Shown here piece by piece: positions 40,616 to 51,632 of a stretch of 64,000 nucleotides of DNA (its first letter is position 1; each line of letters opens with the position of its first letter). The DNA is from Fibrobacteria bacterium. Its GTDB lineage: Bacteria > Fibrobacterota > Fibrobacteria > UBA11236 > JADFYW01. A program made the position numbers and the translations under genes. Location: positions 108,193-172,192 of the forward strand of contig JBNKOC010000024.1 of assembly GCA_050294405.1 (NCBI GenBank). The letters are read 5' to 3'. The notes beneath the pieces were generated by a model. That model saw only the letters and a list, made by a program, of their open reading frames with translations, was not told the origin of the DNA and did not search any database.

Positions 40616-41221
40616 TTATTCTGCCGTAAACTTAATACTGGGAATTCGAGGCCTTGGTTTGGGAGATTCATCTGGGTACCCCAAGGTTATCATAGCCAGA
40701 ATCACCATATAATCTGGAATCTTAAAATATTCCCTTACTTCCTCGAACTCAAAATGGTGCACCCAGCACGAACCTAAACCCAGTTTAACCGCCTGCAATA
40801 CAACATGCTCTAAGCCAATGGCTGCACTGACGGAAGAAATTTCCAATCCCAATTTTAATTTAAAGGGCTTATTTTTTGAGGAGCGCAAAGTGTTAACATC
40901 CACCGGTTCAATAGCTTCAGCCTCATATAATTCATTGATTTTTTGTCCGATATCTCCATCTGCACTGCTGTCAACCAAACCAATAAAGGCAACAGGGGCA
41001 GTCATTACGGCACCTGAACTGTAAGCAGCTTTTCTCATAAAATCCATATCTTCAGGTTTATCAACGACTAAAATTCTTAAGGGTTGAAGATTGCAAACGG
41101 AAGGAGCAAGTCGAGCTGCTTCCGTTAAAACTTCAATTTTTTCCATTTCAATTTTTTTGTTTTTATAATGCCTGATGCTTCGGCGATTTAATATTTCCGG
41201 CAATATTAATGAATTATCCAT
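40616..41221 (-). CDS. Nitroreductase family flavoprotein
   Basis: RRSIRHY, APSVCNLQP, LGLGSCW, LGYP. Confidence 0.92.
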   Translation of the reverse strand: MDNSLILPEILNRRSIRHYKNKKIEMEKIEVLTEAARLAPSVCNLQPLRILVVDKPEDMDFMRKAAYSSGAVMTAPVAFIGLVDSSADGDIGQKINELYEAEAIEPVDVNTLRSSKNKPFKLKLGLEISSVSAAIGLEHVVLQAVKLGLGSCWVHHFEFEEVREYFKIPDYMVILAMITLGYPDESPKPRPRIPSIKFTAE

Positions 41222-41434
41222 TTGACGTCCTCGTTTATTTGAAAAATGGACTTAAGATGCACATATAGAGTAAAAGCTAGCAAAAATAGCCCCAAAAAAC
41301 GGTTCACGTCAGCTCCTATCCAAAGATTTTTTTTGCCATAATTAAGGTTTCTAAGGAACGATATTTTGTTAAAATAATTAAGAGCGATTAAACAAATCTT
41401 CAAAAATATTTTTGAAATAAAATTAAGGTTAGAT

Positions 41435-42097
41435 ATGATTGAATTAAAGACCATACTAAAAATATCCGGAATAGTTTTCATTCTTGCAATATTGGCAGCC
41501 TGCATCAAAGACAACCCGGTTTCCGAGGGAGTGGAAGACGCCAACCAACTCCAAGCCTTAAAAAATGTAGACTTTATTTTTGAAGATGTTTCCTTTGAAG
41601 TTGCAGGTATCCCCACCGGCAGCGATCTAACAGTTCCATTCGATACATTATTAGAACAAAATCCAGATAAATATTCCGAGCCTTCCTCCTATACCATAAC
41701 ATTTTCCCTTAACATGATTGCTGACAACACTTCCAGCGACGCTGAAGACGCCAAGTTTGACGGCATTAACGTAAACATGGAGTTTAATAACATCACTAAT
41801 GCGCCTTTGACGCTAAGCAGAGGAACATTGGCTATTCCCAAAGGCGAAGAGGTTCCCTTTACCGCCAGCGGTTCCCTGAATCTTGAAACCCACAAAGAAC
41901 CTCGAAAATACATCTTTCAACAGATGGTAGATGGAGAGGATATTGCCTCAGAGATTTTCCCCGAGATATTATATAAGTTTGGAAAACTCGAAGGCAGCCT
42001 GGTTTTACCCAGTTGGGAACAAGCTATCCCCACCCGCGCTTCTCCCGAAACCAAGGCTTTTTTATCTGATTTGTTAGCTTCAGGGCTGCTGGACTGA
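41435..42097 (+). CDS. Hypothetical lipoprotein
   Basis: Lipobox LAAC after a hydrophobic stretch. Confidence 0.75.
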   Translation: MIELKTILKISGIVFILAILAACIKDNPVSEGVEDANQLQALKNVDFIFEDVSFEVAGIPTGSDLTVPFDTLLEQNPDKYSEPSSYTITFSLNMIADNTSSDAEDAKFDGINVNMEFNNITNAPLTLSRGTLAIPKGEEVPFTASGSLNLETHKEPRKYIFQQMVDGEDIASEIFPEILYKFGKLEGSLVLPSWEQAIPTRASPETKAFLSDLLASGLLD

Positions 42098-42123
42098 GTT
42101 TAAAAGATATTGTCTACAAAAAA

Positions 42124-44871
42124 TCAAAACAAAGCGCAATTGGGGGCTGGAGTCTCTCCCCTGGAGATTCCCTGTTTATAAGTGGCTATTTGTTTTTTCC
42201 CATTGCTGAGTTCAAAGACCACTTGCCAGATATACACGCCTGATCCCACATAGTCTCCCTTAACATCCTTTTGATTCCATATCAGGAAATTTAAAACTCC
42301 GCCCGGCTGTATTCTGTTTGCATCATCCAGTTCTCCGCAAAAACCAAATTTTTGCACGGAGCTATGTATATACTTTCCAAGGTGATCGAAAATATTAATT
42401 CTTGCCGTATAACTGTCTTTACTAATAACAGATATTGCGGAAAGACAGTTTTGGGAAAATACCCGAGGAGCCGGGTTTGGAGTGTTTAAAGCATTGCAAG
42501 TATTTTGAGCCTCCTCATCTATTTTCCCATCTTCTGTCATAAATAGCGGGGGTATCCAGGTATTTATTTCTTTACCCTCAAACATGCCGATTTGTTCCAT
42601 GTTATCATTTAGTATGTAAACGGTATTGGACTTGGGCGTATTAAATTCGCTTGTTGAATTAACATCGCCTATAATGCTGTATACAAGGACAGTACTCATC
42701 AAATCGGGTCCCGGGTTTCCTTCCACATTTACGGGTATATTCATGGGCTTATTGCCCTTCAAATCGGAATAACCTGAATTCGGATTGAGGAAGATACAAT
42801 CTCCGGGCTGAATAATTTGGCTATTTTCATTTCCCATAAGAGGAATATTGAGGCTTAACCCGCCCGCCTCGGAAAGGGGTTCGGCCGTTAGCCGGGCCGA
42901 TTGGATCTCTTTCGAATCATCGCATTCTTTTAAAAAATACAGCATCGTATTAAAAGAGTTCACGTCTCCCAACAAAGAGGCCGTCATAGGTTCCGATAAG
43001 GTTATTTTTAAAGTATCGGGGTTGGTTTGGACGATTCGGTTAGGATCGCTTTCCAATACATAATACTTTATTTGAGGGGAAACAATATTGGCATTGAGCG
43101 CTATAGGCCCGATAGAATCCTGAATAATTCCCACTGTTCCATCTGCCAAAGTAAAATTAGGATCCCCGCCATTTAGATTTCCGGTTTGACCAAACTCAAA
43201 GGGATTCAGAGAAAAATCCACCACAATAGTATTTGCTGAAATTCGAAAAATATTTTGACTTGTCCCCTGTTTGACTTCATATCCGTTTAGCGGCCAATTG
43301 ATATCCCGAATAACTTCAGGCAACTCGACCAAATCTCCCTCAAAAGAAATGAAGAGGGAGTCAGCTCTTCCGTCCTTATTTCCGTCTACCATCCAGGCTT
43401 TGTTAATTACAATAGGTACTATCTTTTCCCAGGCCACTTCAAAACTAATGTTAAAGGCACGGATGGGCTGGGTACTGGTGGTGGCTGTAATCGTATAGGT
43501 TCCGGGAGCTAAAGTTTGCGTTTGGTTGATAAGAGCCGTATCAATAATAATACCTGTGCCGTTGGCATGGACGGATATTCCTCCATAGGACGTTGAACCT
43601 GAGTTTAAAATCAAATCTCCCGCAACACCAGGTCCTTTTAAACTAAAAGTGGACAGTTCCGGAGAAACCGTCACTGTATCGGCAGAGCTGCAACTCCCAT
43701 CCCCTCCCCGGGAACGAATAACATCATACTGAGCGCTTGTAGCCGAGAGAAAGGTAGTATCCAGCCAGGTATCAAGTACCTGCTCAAAATAAATAGATGT
43801 TTCAATTAACAAGTTGGACCCTGTGGTTTTTCTCTCGCAGTAAAACAAGTGGAAGGGGTATTCGCTACCTTGATTCAGCCCAAGTGTATCCAAAAGAATT
43901 TTTCCGGAGGCTGCGCTATGAGGCGCTCCTAAATCCATGTGAAGCTCGCGGTTAATAAAAACCCATAAATCATCATCCCCTGTGAAGCTGAATTCCTGCC
44001 CGGGCTGATATTTAAAGGAGGCTTCCATCTCCATACAAAAATGAAAGTTATGTAATCCCCCAGTAGGGTCCAAAAAAGCGTTCCCCGTTTCCTTGTCTAT
44101 ATATTCGGAATAGCTTCGTTCAGCTGTTCCCGGAAACAGGTTAAAATCATCTATGGGAAAAAAGCTTTTGCTTGGGCTATCCTCATAAGAATCATATTTC
44201 CAAAGTCCATTATCCGATTTTTGCAGGGGTAAATTGTAACAAGTGCGGTGGTTGTTCTGATAGGGATCTGAATCGCTGGATTTATCACGAAACCAATTAT
44301 TAAAGTCTTCCTGAAAATAGGAAACCGGGCCTTGAACGGGCTTGTCATCGGGTCCTAAAACATTGGCCACCATCCCCTTATGAGAAACGCCATCATCATC
44401 TGCCATTTCAAAATCGGGATGTTCTTTGGAAAAATCCCAAATTGTGGTAGCCATTTCAAAGGAACATTGCCCTTCAATCCCCGGAAAGCTAGCTGAAATT
44501 TGAGGATTGCCGCTGGTTTGGGGTATGGAAAAAATGTATGCGGTGTCGCCAGCCTGAAAATGAACGTTTAAATCAAGGGGAGTAATGTCCCCTATTCCAC
44601 CGGCTCCGTAAGTGGAACTTCCATAGCTATCTTTTAAAAGAATTTTATAATCCGCCATATTGGTTATGTTATAAACAAACCAATCGCATTTCTCGGTAGC
44701 GTTCATGGCCTCAAAGGGTTCCGACCCCATTTGGATTTGAGGGCTGGATGTGGGCCAGGGGTTTAAGACGTAAATAGTCTGCGAAAAAAGGTTTGGATTA
44801 AAGCAGAAAAAACAAAAAGTTACAGCTTTAACAATGCCTCGCGAAGCGAGTTTTTGAATACCACACTCCAA
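42124..44871 (-). CDS. Fibro-slime domain protein
   Basis: HPDFE, FNNWF, FFPID, HNFHFCME, FSFTGDDDLWVFIN, DLG..H, FYCER; C-terminal IFDHLGKYI...WNQKD...SGVYIW. Confidence 0.9.
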   Translation of the reverse strand: MECGIQKLASRGIVKAVTFCFFCFNPNLFSQTIYVLNPWPTSSPQIQMGSEPFEAMNATEKCDWFVYNITNMADYKILLKDSYGSSTYGAGGIGDITPLDLNVHFQAGDTAYIFSIPQTSGNPQISASFPGIEGQCSFEMATTIWDFSKEHPDFEMADDDGVSHKGMVANVLGPDDKPVQGPVSYFQEDFNNWFRDKSSDSDPYQNNHRTCYNLPLQKSDNGLWKYDSYEDSPSKSFFPIDDFNLFPGTAERSYSEYIDKETGNAFLDPTGGLHNFHFCMEMEASFKYQPGQEFSFTGDDDLWVFINRELHMDLGAPHSAASGKILLDTLGLNQGSEYPFHLFYCERKTTGSNLLIETSIYFEQVLDTWLDTTFLSATSAQYDVIRSRGGDGSCSSADTVTVSPELSTFSLKGPGVAGDLILNSGSTSYGGISVHANGTGIIIDTALINQTQTLAPGTYTITATTSTQPIRAFNISFEVAWEKIVPIVINKAWMVDGNKDGRADSLFISFEGDLVELPEVIRDINWPLNGYEVKQGTSQNIFRISANTIVVDFSLNPFEFGQTGNLNGGDPNFTLADGTVGIIQDSIGPIALNANIVSPQIKYYVLESDPNRIVQTNPDTLKITLSEPMTASLLGDVNSFNTMLYFLKECDDSKEIQSARLTAEPLSEAGGLSLNIPLMGNENSQIIQPGDCIFLNPNSGYSDLKGNKPMNIPVNVEGNPGPDLMSTVLVYSIIGDVNSTSEFNTPKSNTVYILNDNMEQIGMFEGKEINTWIPPLFMTEDGKIDEEAQNTCNALNTPNPAPRVFSQNCLSAISVISKDSYTARINIFDHLGKYIHSSVQKFGFCGELDDANRIQPGGVLNFLIWNQKDVKGDYVGSGVYIWQVVFELSNGKKQIATYKQGISRGETPAPNCALF

Positions 44872-45012
44872 AATGACCTGGTTCCCCGATTAAACCAAAG
44901 ACCTTAAACTTTTAGAGGTGCCCATCCCCTATTGCTTAAGCTAATCAAAAAATCATTTCACGCAACAGGTATTATTCTTCTTCTTTCGGTATTTTTATGC
45001 ATAAAATCCGCA

Positions 45013-46182
45013 TTATCTGGTATGCTTCATTCCGTTTTCAATTACAGCCACAGTCCTATCGAACACTTCTTCGAAGGTACCCATGCCGTCAATTTTTTGG
45101 AAGCCATGGAGCATTTCATATTTTTCAATTACCGGAACGGTTTTTTTCTCGTGATCCTGTAAACGCTGCACAATTTTAGAAGTACTGGTATCATAGGGCA
45201 TACAATTATCCGTTTTGCTGCGCGCGTCTAACCTGTTAATCACTTCAAGCATAGGAACATCATATTCTATAACCTGTGAAATTTTAGAACCGTGCTTTTT
45301 TAACAACCCGTCCAAAATATAAGACTGCACAAGGGTTCGGGGGAAACCCTTAAAAATATAGCCCTTCACATTTTTGGAATGTTCCAATTTTTTTTCAATC
45401 AATTGAACTACAATTTCATCCGGAATCAATTGGCCGCTTTCATAGAGTTCTATTATTTTCTTTCCCACCTCAGTTTTATTGGCAATTTCTTCCTCCAGCA
45501 TTTTACCCGTGGCAATATATTCCAGATCGTATTTTTTGGCCAATGCCTGGGCTTGTGAGCCGCGACCACAACCGGGATAACCAAATACCACAATGTTATA
45601 GAGGGATTTAGAAAGTTCCTTCTGCAATATATTTACTATGCTTTTATTAATATTTTCAATGGAGTCATGCCCCTCAATTTCAAAATAAATTCCCTTGTCC
45701 AGGTAAAACTGGATGACCGGACGGGTTTTTACATTATATTCCACCAACCGGTTTCGAATCACGGCTTCATTATCATCGGAACGCCCGGAAGTTTTTCCCC
45801 TGTTTAAAAGGCGCGCAACAGACTCCTCTTCCTCCACTTTAATGTTTATCAGACAATTGAGAGATGTATTTAATTTGATCATTAAACCTTCCAGAATATA
45901 AGCCTGAACATAGGTTCTGGGAAATCCATCGAATAAAAATCCGTTCGCATTGGGATTATCGGTAATGGTTTTTTCGATAATCTGCACAATGATTTCATCA
46001 GAAACCAACCCGCCAGACTGAATTATGTTTTGGGCCTCTAAACCTAATTTGGTGTTTTCGGCTATTTCTTTGCGCAACAAATCACCAGTGGATATGTAAA
46101 ATAAATTGAACTTTTTTATTAGGAACTCTGATTGGGTTCCTTTTCCTGCGCCGGGAGGGCCGAATAATGCAATGTTTAACAT
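45013..46182 (-). CDS. adk: Adenylate kinase with two tandem NMP-kinase domains
   Basis: Domain 1 GPPGAGKGT, STGDLLR, FDGFPR, GRSDD; domain 2 GYPGCGRGS, ATGKML, FKGFPR. Confidence 0.9.
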   Translation of the reverse strand: MLNIALFGPPGAGKGTQSEFLIKKFNLFYISTGDLLRKEIAENTKLGLEAQNIIQSGGLVSDEIIVQIIEKTITDNPNANGFLFDGFPRTYVQAYILEGLMIKLNTSLNCLINIKVEEEESVARLLNRGKTSGRSDDNEAVIRNRLVEYNVKTRPVIQFYLDKGIYFEIEGHDSIENINKSIVNILQKELSKSLYNIVVFGYPGCGRGSQAQALAKKYDLEYIATGKMLEEEIANKTEVGKKIIELYESGQLIPDEIVVQLIEKKLEHSKNVKGYIFKGFPRTLVQSYILDGLLKKHGSKISQVIEYDVPMLEVINRLDARSKTDNCMPYDTSTSKIVQRLQDHEKKTVPVIEKYEMLHGFQKIDGMGTFEEVFDRTVAVIENGMKHTR

Positions 46183-46365
46183 AAGCCTCTTCAGGTTAAA
46201 TGATGAGGATCTTAGGACTATAAAAAATGGCCCTATCTGCTATTATAATTATAACCTTTAAACCAACGATTATTGTAACGGCAAACTGGAAAATATTTTG
46301 TCAAAAATTCAAAAGCTTTGAAGGGCCCATTTGGGGCGGCTCTACAAAAAATAGGCTGAGGGATG

Positions 46366-47541
46366 TTACTTAATTCCAACCAAAGGTATCCCTTGGCTGC
46401 CAGTAGCTGTCTTAAAAACCATTAACCTATAAGAATTGTAAGGCATTGAAGATTCGGTGGACAATCCCCGTAGGCGTTCTCCTTGCCCAATTCTCCAGTG
46501 GTTTAGAGCAGTTCCCTCAGCGTTCAAGAGAAAGGCCTCTACTACGGAGGGATGTAAATCCCTGGGCAAAAGGATGCGCTGGCTGGATGCCGAGAAGTAA
46601 AGCGCCCTATCCCGGGTAATTAACTTTGGATTCTGCGCAAAGATCTTTTTAATTGGAGTTGAGCCGGGGTATTTTACCCGTCCTGGAATCTTGAGTTCAA
46701 CCTTGGCAACGCCTCCCTGGCCAGTGATGTATAGCGTGGTCCCGTTTGGACCGCCAAAGACGCAGTTACTCACCATGCGAAAGCCGGCATCAATACTGCC
46801 CAGTTTCGTACCATCGGGGCCAAATACATACAAGAGACCATCTCCATAAGAAGCTACATAAATATTGCCCTCGCTGTCGGTAGTGAGGCCGTCAGGAACA
46901 TTAACATCAGCTAAATCCTGGCGATTGTCAAAGCTGCCGTCGGGCTGCACATCAAATTGGGCTATTTTGCGGTCCCCTTCAAAATGGATGTATACAATAC
47001 CCTTTTCGGGAATCCACTCAATACCATTGGGCCGATTAAAACCGGGAAATTCAGTGAGGGCCCCCATGGAGTCCAGATAAAAAACCGAGCCGCCTTCCAG
47101 GTTTGTAAAATATACCGAGCCGCCCTCGCTAAAACTCAGGTCATTGGCTCCGGCAATGGCCCCTTCGTTTTCTGCAGGGGTTAGGGCTTCCCACACTCCA
47201 GGAGAGGTTTCTTTGGCCAATCGACCTCTTTCAGCCGCTACAAGCTTTCCATCGGGTGCGAACTCCATGCCGTTGGCATTATTGGCGGGATCCCGGTAAA
47301 CGCTGGCCTCGCCCTCGGGGGTAACCTTCCAAATTCGGTGTTGACCCGCATGTTCCGTAAAAAATAGGTTGCCTGCGGCGTCTACTGCCGGGCCTTCGGA
47401 ATAACCAAGGCCGGTCTTCACATCCACTATTTGAGCGTTGGGATCTGCGATGGAATCAGGTAAATCTATCCCGCTTTGGCTAAAGCATGTTAGGGAAAAA
47501 AGAGAAAGAATAAAAATGTATCTAATAAAGTATTTAATCAC
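46366..47541 (-). CDS. SMP-30/gluconolactonase family, secreted
   Basis: SEGP, ANG, AND, PNGI, PDGLTTDSEGN, SNCVFGG...LYIT. Confidence 0.9.
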   Translation of the reverse strand: MIKYFIRYIFILSLFSLTCFSQSGIDLPDSIADPNAQIVDVKTGLGYSEGPAVDAAGNLFFTEHAGQHRIWKVTPEGEASVYRDPANNANGMEFAPDGKLVAAERGRLAKETSPGVWEALTPAENEGAIAGANDLSFSEGGSVYFTNLEGGSVFYLDSMGALTEFPGFNRPNGIEWIPEKGIVYIHFEGDRKIAQFDVQPDGSFDNRQDLADVNVPDGLTTDSEGNIYVASYGDGLLYVFGPDGTKLGSIDAGFRMVSNCVFGGPNGTTLYITGQGGVAKVELKIPGRVKYPGSTPIKKIFAQNPKLITRDRALYFSASSQRILLPRDLHPSVVEAFLLNAEGTALNHWRIGQGERLRGLSTESSMPYNSYRLMVFKTATGSQGIPLVGIK

Positions 47542-47979
47542 TGTTAAAGCCCTGCCCAGTTTTTTTAACTAATCAAAATATATAGAAAAATTTAAATTTC
47601 CGAGGGCAATTTTCTTTAGTTCGGAGTTTTCAATTAACTTTCTTTTTTGCCAGGTCAGCAAGATTTGATATGTTGTTGGGTTTTAAAAAAGTCAAATCTA
47701 TCTATCTATCAAATGGAGCCAGGAAGTCCATAAATAGCTCATCATGGACATTTTAACGCATAATAGACGGTAGTAAAATAATCCCTTTAGGTTCAGCTTT
47801 TTTATTTTCCCAATATCAATACCCAAGTTCATTTTCCTTGGAAGATATACATCATTTTTGCCGAAAATGTTATAACTAAACCCTTTATCGAAGTTTATGA
47901 GTGGATTTTTTTTATTCACTCAATACATTAATTATCGGTTCATTCAAATTCCATTTCCAAGAAGGGGTAAATAAATTTT

Positions 47980-49248
47980 ATGATGAATAGGGCGCTTAAA
48001 TTAACATTTAGTTTTTTACTCATTTTATTTTCCACGGCCATTGGACAAACCCAAAGGCTGCAGGGTCGGGTGGTTGATGCCCAGAGAAACCCGGTGGAGG
48101 AGGCCACAGTTAAACTAACCAATGCAAATATCACCACTAATACAGATAATCAGGGGCATTTTTTCTTAGAAATTCACACCACTGCGCTCAGAGCTGCAGA
48201 TAACATATCTCCGCTTGCTACCATCAACAATGGCAGCTTAAATTTTACCACCGACAAAAACAGTCAGAAAATAGTAATCGAAGTATTTAATAATGTCGGT
48301 CAAAAAATAAACAAACTTTCCCTGGACAATCTCCCTGCAGGATCCCAGCAAATTGAAATCTTGCCAAGGGAATATCCAACATACATGGTCCTGGTTAAAT
48401 TGCAAATTGATGATACATATTCCTTTTACAAGTTATTAAATCTAAATGAGCCTTTCCAAAAATTTCCCAGTTCAAATATGAGTCTGGCCAAAAATTCAGC
48501 CTTTGTAGATTTGCTGGAAATCAACAAACAGGGCTTCAACAATAAAACCATCGAAATAGAATCCTATAATACAGCATTGGGCGATATTATCATTGAAAAA
48601 GATGGCGCCAATGATGAAGGCCTGCCTCCTCTTCAAGGAGGACAAGATGCCGGCACAACTCGATATTGGGATTGCTGTAAACCTCATTGTGGCTGGCATT
48701 CCAATATGCGCATGTGCGATATCAATGGAAACGACCTTTGGGACCAGGCAGCCGGAAGTGGTTGTGATAACGGCCCGGCTTTTCAATGTATGGATTACTC
48801 CCCCATTGAAATAAACAGTCGGGTATCCTATGGCTGGGCCGCTTTTAATAACCCTGGTACCAATTGCGGAGATTGTTTTCAATTGGACTTCCAGGGTAAC
48901 CTTGCCGATAAACAAATGATTGTTCAAGTCATAAACATCGGGGACGGAGGGCAAAATTCCTTTGATCTTCTTATTCCGGGAGGAGGAGTAGGCGCTAACA
49001 ACGGCTGTTCCAGGCAATGGAATAATCCTCCCCTTGGAGCGACCTATGGGGGATTTGCCTTAACCTGTAAGGACAATCCCGAATGTATCCGTAGAATGTG
49101 TCAGGAAGCATTTGGCGACAAACCCGATTTAATGCGCGGCTGCGAATGGTATATTGGCTGGTTCAAATCTACTTCCAACCCCAAGGTAAAATATGCAAAA
49201 GTCCCCTGCCCTCAGGAGATCAAAAACATTTCAAACATTGGGAATTAG
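47980..49248 (+). CDS. GH45 endoglucanase with N-terminal Ig-like module
   Basis: TTRYWDCCKPHC, CFQL, MIVQVINIG, FDLLIPGGGVG, GCEW. Confidence 0.93.
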   Translation: MMNRALKLTFSFLLILFSTAIGQTQRLQGRVVDAQRNPVEEATVKLTNANITTNTDNQGHFFLEIHTTALRAADNISPLATINNGSLNFTTDKNSQKIVIEVFNNVGQKINKLSLDNLPAGSQQIEILPREYPTYMVLVKLQIDDTYSFYKLLNLNEPFQKFPSSNMSLAKNSAFVDLLEINKQGFNNKTIEIESYNTALGDIIIEKDGANDEGLPPLQGGQDAGTTRYWDCCKPHCGWHSNMRMCDINGNDLWDQAAGSGCDNGPAFQCMDYSPIEINSRVSYGWAAFNNPGTNCGDCFQLDFQGNLADKQMIVQVINIGDGGQNSFDLLIPGGGVGANNGCSRQWNNPPLGATYGGFALTCKDNPECIRRMCQEAFGDKPDLMRGCEWYIGWFKSTSNPKVKYAKVPCPQEIKNISNIGN

Positions 49249-50104
49249 GCATTTGTTTTCGGCTTCCCCGAATATCCCATAGGCCCTTTTTAAAAATATA
49301 CATATATCCCATTTTGCGAAAGGTAACAGGCTTTATGTGAATTGCTGTACGGGAATTAATGGAAACAGTTGTTTCTCCCAATCCAAATGCCAGGGATTGC
49401 TTAAACAACTGGAGAGCCTCGGGAGTCATAAAATTAGATGAACCTGTAACATTATCATCCTCAAGAAAAAAATTAATCCTGAGGCCTGGCGCCAGGGTAC
49501 CGTCGTACAAACTATCCCCTGCTTCATAATAATAAATGGTCGCTCCCCGGGCATCCCCCGAGAGTGTAGCGGCAATTTTAGCGTGGCTGCCCACCTTGCC
49601 CCAATTAATGGATTTAGCCTGAGAATATACTTTCACAGTACCAAACATACCCGCGGACAATACATTCAGAGAATCAACAATTTCAATATCTGTACCCGCC
49701 TCTATTACGCCAAATGCATAATCATCCGGGGTACCGGGATCTCCTGAAGGTGAGGTCGGAGTCATACCCAAATCGTCCTGCAAAAAGGCCTCGCAATTCA
49801 AAATTGCTGTTGTGGTGCTTTCAATTTTTCCCCGAAGAAAGATGGAGGTAATGGACTCTACCAGCAGAACCAAATCCGCTTGATTAGCTGCTGCTAAAAT
49901 TTCCGCCCCGGGAAGAGAATCTGCCATTAAGGTCAAAGAGTGACCCAGACTGTCTTCTAAAAATGAAACCAGGAAGTCATCCCCAATGGAAAGCTCTCCA
50001 GGCAGGACTGTGCCATTGCTATTGCCCGTAATCATAAGGATTTCAGCGGCCTTTGGTATGGACAGCACCAATGTTAAAGACAATATCAACGGATATAATT
50101 TCAC
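49220..50104 (-). CDS. Hypothetical secreted protein
   Basis: Signal peptide; YYEAGD..YDG..APGLR; C-terminal WDIRG resembles the local sorting-like motif; overlaps the GH45 3' end by 29 nt. Confidence 0.65.
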   Translation of the reverse strand: MKLYPLILSLTLVLSIPKAAEILMITGNSNGTVLPGELSIGDDFLVSFLEDSLGHSLTLMADSLPGAEILAAANQADLVLLVESITSIFLRGKIESTTTAILNCEAFLQDDLGMTPTSPSGDPGTPDDYAFGVIEAGTDIEIVDSLNVLSAGMFGTVKVYSQAKSINWGKVGSHAKIAATLSGDARGATIYYYEAGDSLYDGTLAPGLRINFFLEDDNVTGSSNFMTPEALQLFKQSLAFGLGETTVSINSRTAIHIKPVTFRKMGYMYIFKKGLWDIRGSRKQMPNSQCLKCF

Positions 50105-50227
50105 GGATTTCCCTGGTTAAACTCCACTAATTACCAATTAAAATACAGGTTTAACCTTAAATATATGCGAAAAACCATGTTTTGTAGGAAGTTTGAACGG
50201 TTATTCGGTTTTTAATGGTTTTCTCCT

Positions 50228-50545
50228 ATGCTTATGGCGATACAACCCTTCATTTTTATCCTTTTTCAAATTACAGATACATGCCAAGCCGGGGTTCTGG
50301 ACCGGCTGATAAGAGCTGAGGAAGTCAATCCCATGATTGTAGTCTATCTTGAAATTTCCCCTAGTGGCTGGTACAGGGATAACGGTCCAGGAGATATGGA
50401 AGAATCTTATATTGTAAAGGATATCATTCCCCATATCGACAGCAGCTATCGAACCCTTGGAACAGCCGAAGGATGAGCCATGGACAGGTTGGAAGTAAAT
50501 TATGATTATAAGGAAGTGAATGTGGATCATGTGGCAACATTGGGT
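50228..50545 (+). pseudogene. Fragment of an enterochelin-esterase/CE1-type alpha/beta hydrolase
   Basis: LDRLIRAEEVNPMIVV...ESYIVKDIIPHIDSSYRT; in-frame TGA at 50474 where Arg (RA motif) is expected; then LEVNYDYKEVNVDH; no GxSxG. Confidence 0.6.
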
Positions 50546-50691
50546 GAAAGCGGCCCCACGGAAAGTAGGGTTTGCCATGATCCTGCCCCATCCACCGAGG
50601 GCTGGATTTTTTTTTCAAGGGTTTTGGCCGAGCCTTAAATGGAGCCTATTTCCGTTAAGAAAGACCGTGGCAACCCGTCCGTGCATTTTAA

Positions 50692-51632
50692 GCTCAATTA
50701 ATCGGTTCCAAAATTTACACCGCGTCAGGTAAATTCCTGAGAGAAAAAAATTCAAAAAAAGTAATATCCAATTTTAAGATAAAACTAAATACATTTGCCA
50801 TACATCTTGAAGGAGAGTGGAATAATAAAAAATTTAGCATTGAAGAAGAATCAAATTGCCAGCCCGACCTCCACTCCTGCGAATTGTTTATTAGGCTCAA
50901 ACATGAAAGGCTAGTTTTGGGTGAAGTACTGAAAACAATAACCCCCATCCATTTTTCAAACCCGGCCAATGGGGAATTCCAGGTTAGGTTGTTTGGAGCT
51001 GACAGTAACTTGACCCAATTTGCCGGGGTGGCATTAATGTTGGAAGAGCTAGCTCAGCAACATATTTCTGAAAGAAACCGCAGCAATCTTCCGGAAATTC
51101 AAACAATAGGAAACTCCCCAGAACCAGAACCCAATAATGCGGGTTATTCTTTGGAGCCAGATAGAAAACATTGGCATTCCTATTTTGCTCTTGCAGGAAA
51201 ACTTCAATCCAATTTTATCAACTGGGAAGCTGGGCTTGATTTTGGCTACCATTATTATTGGAATCAAATGGGTCTTTCCAGCACCATTAATTTTTTGGCC
51301 GTACTGAAAGCAGCCAGTATTGGGAACAATTGCGGAGCAATTATTATTTAAGAAAAAGTGAAACCTCATATTTTTTAGGGTTTGAAACAGGCCCAATATG
51401 GAACATAACATCGGGTGTTTTTGAGGCTGGCAAGGTTGGGCTTGGCTATTATTGGGGAGATGTACATGGCCTTTCTGGAAGTAGTAGGAAGGATCGCTGG
51501 GGCATAATTGGAGAGACTTACATTGGCTATCGACTCCCCTTCCCCATTGGTGCCACGGTTGGCTATAACTATTCAGGACTTCCCTTTAGCTCTCCCCATA
51601 AACTTTCTTTTCAAATTGGGTATTTCCCATGA
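50692..51632 (+). pseudogene. Outer-membrane beta-barrel-like protein split by a homopolymer frameshift
   Basis: Frame of ORF 50884-51351 is open from 50692; adding one T to the T6 run at 51291-51296 joins it to ORF 51330-51632; ends KLSFQIGYFP; start not resolved. Confidence 0.5.

Noticed and set aside
40616..41221. Nitroreductase as part of the OTR operon
   Set aside because: Separated by about 130 bp containing promoter/operator-like sequence; linkage cannot be supported from sequence alone
41206..41616. Minus-strand 136-aa ORF
   Set aside because: Overlaps the lipoprotein gene antisense and AT-rich intergenic DNA; no motif
48496..49017. Minus-strand 173-aa ORF
   Set aside because: Antisense to the well-supported GH45 domain
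50474..50476. In-frame TGA as selenocysteine or recoding
   Set aside because: Position corresponds to Arg in an esterase motif and the gene is otherwise fragmentary; a nonsense mutation is simpler
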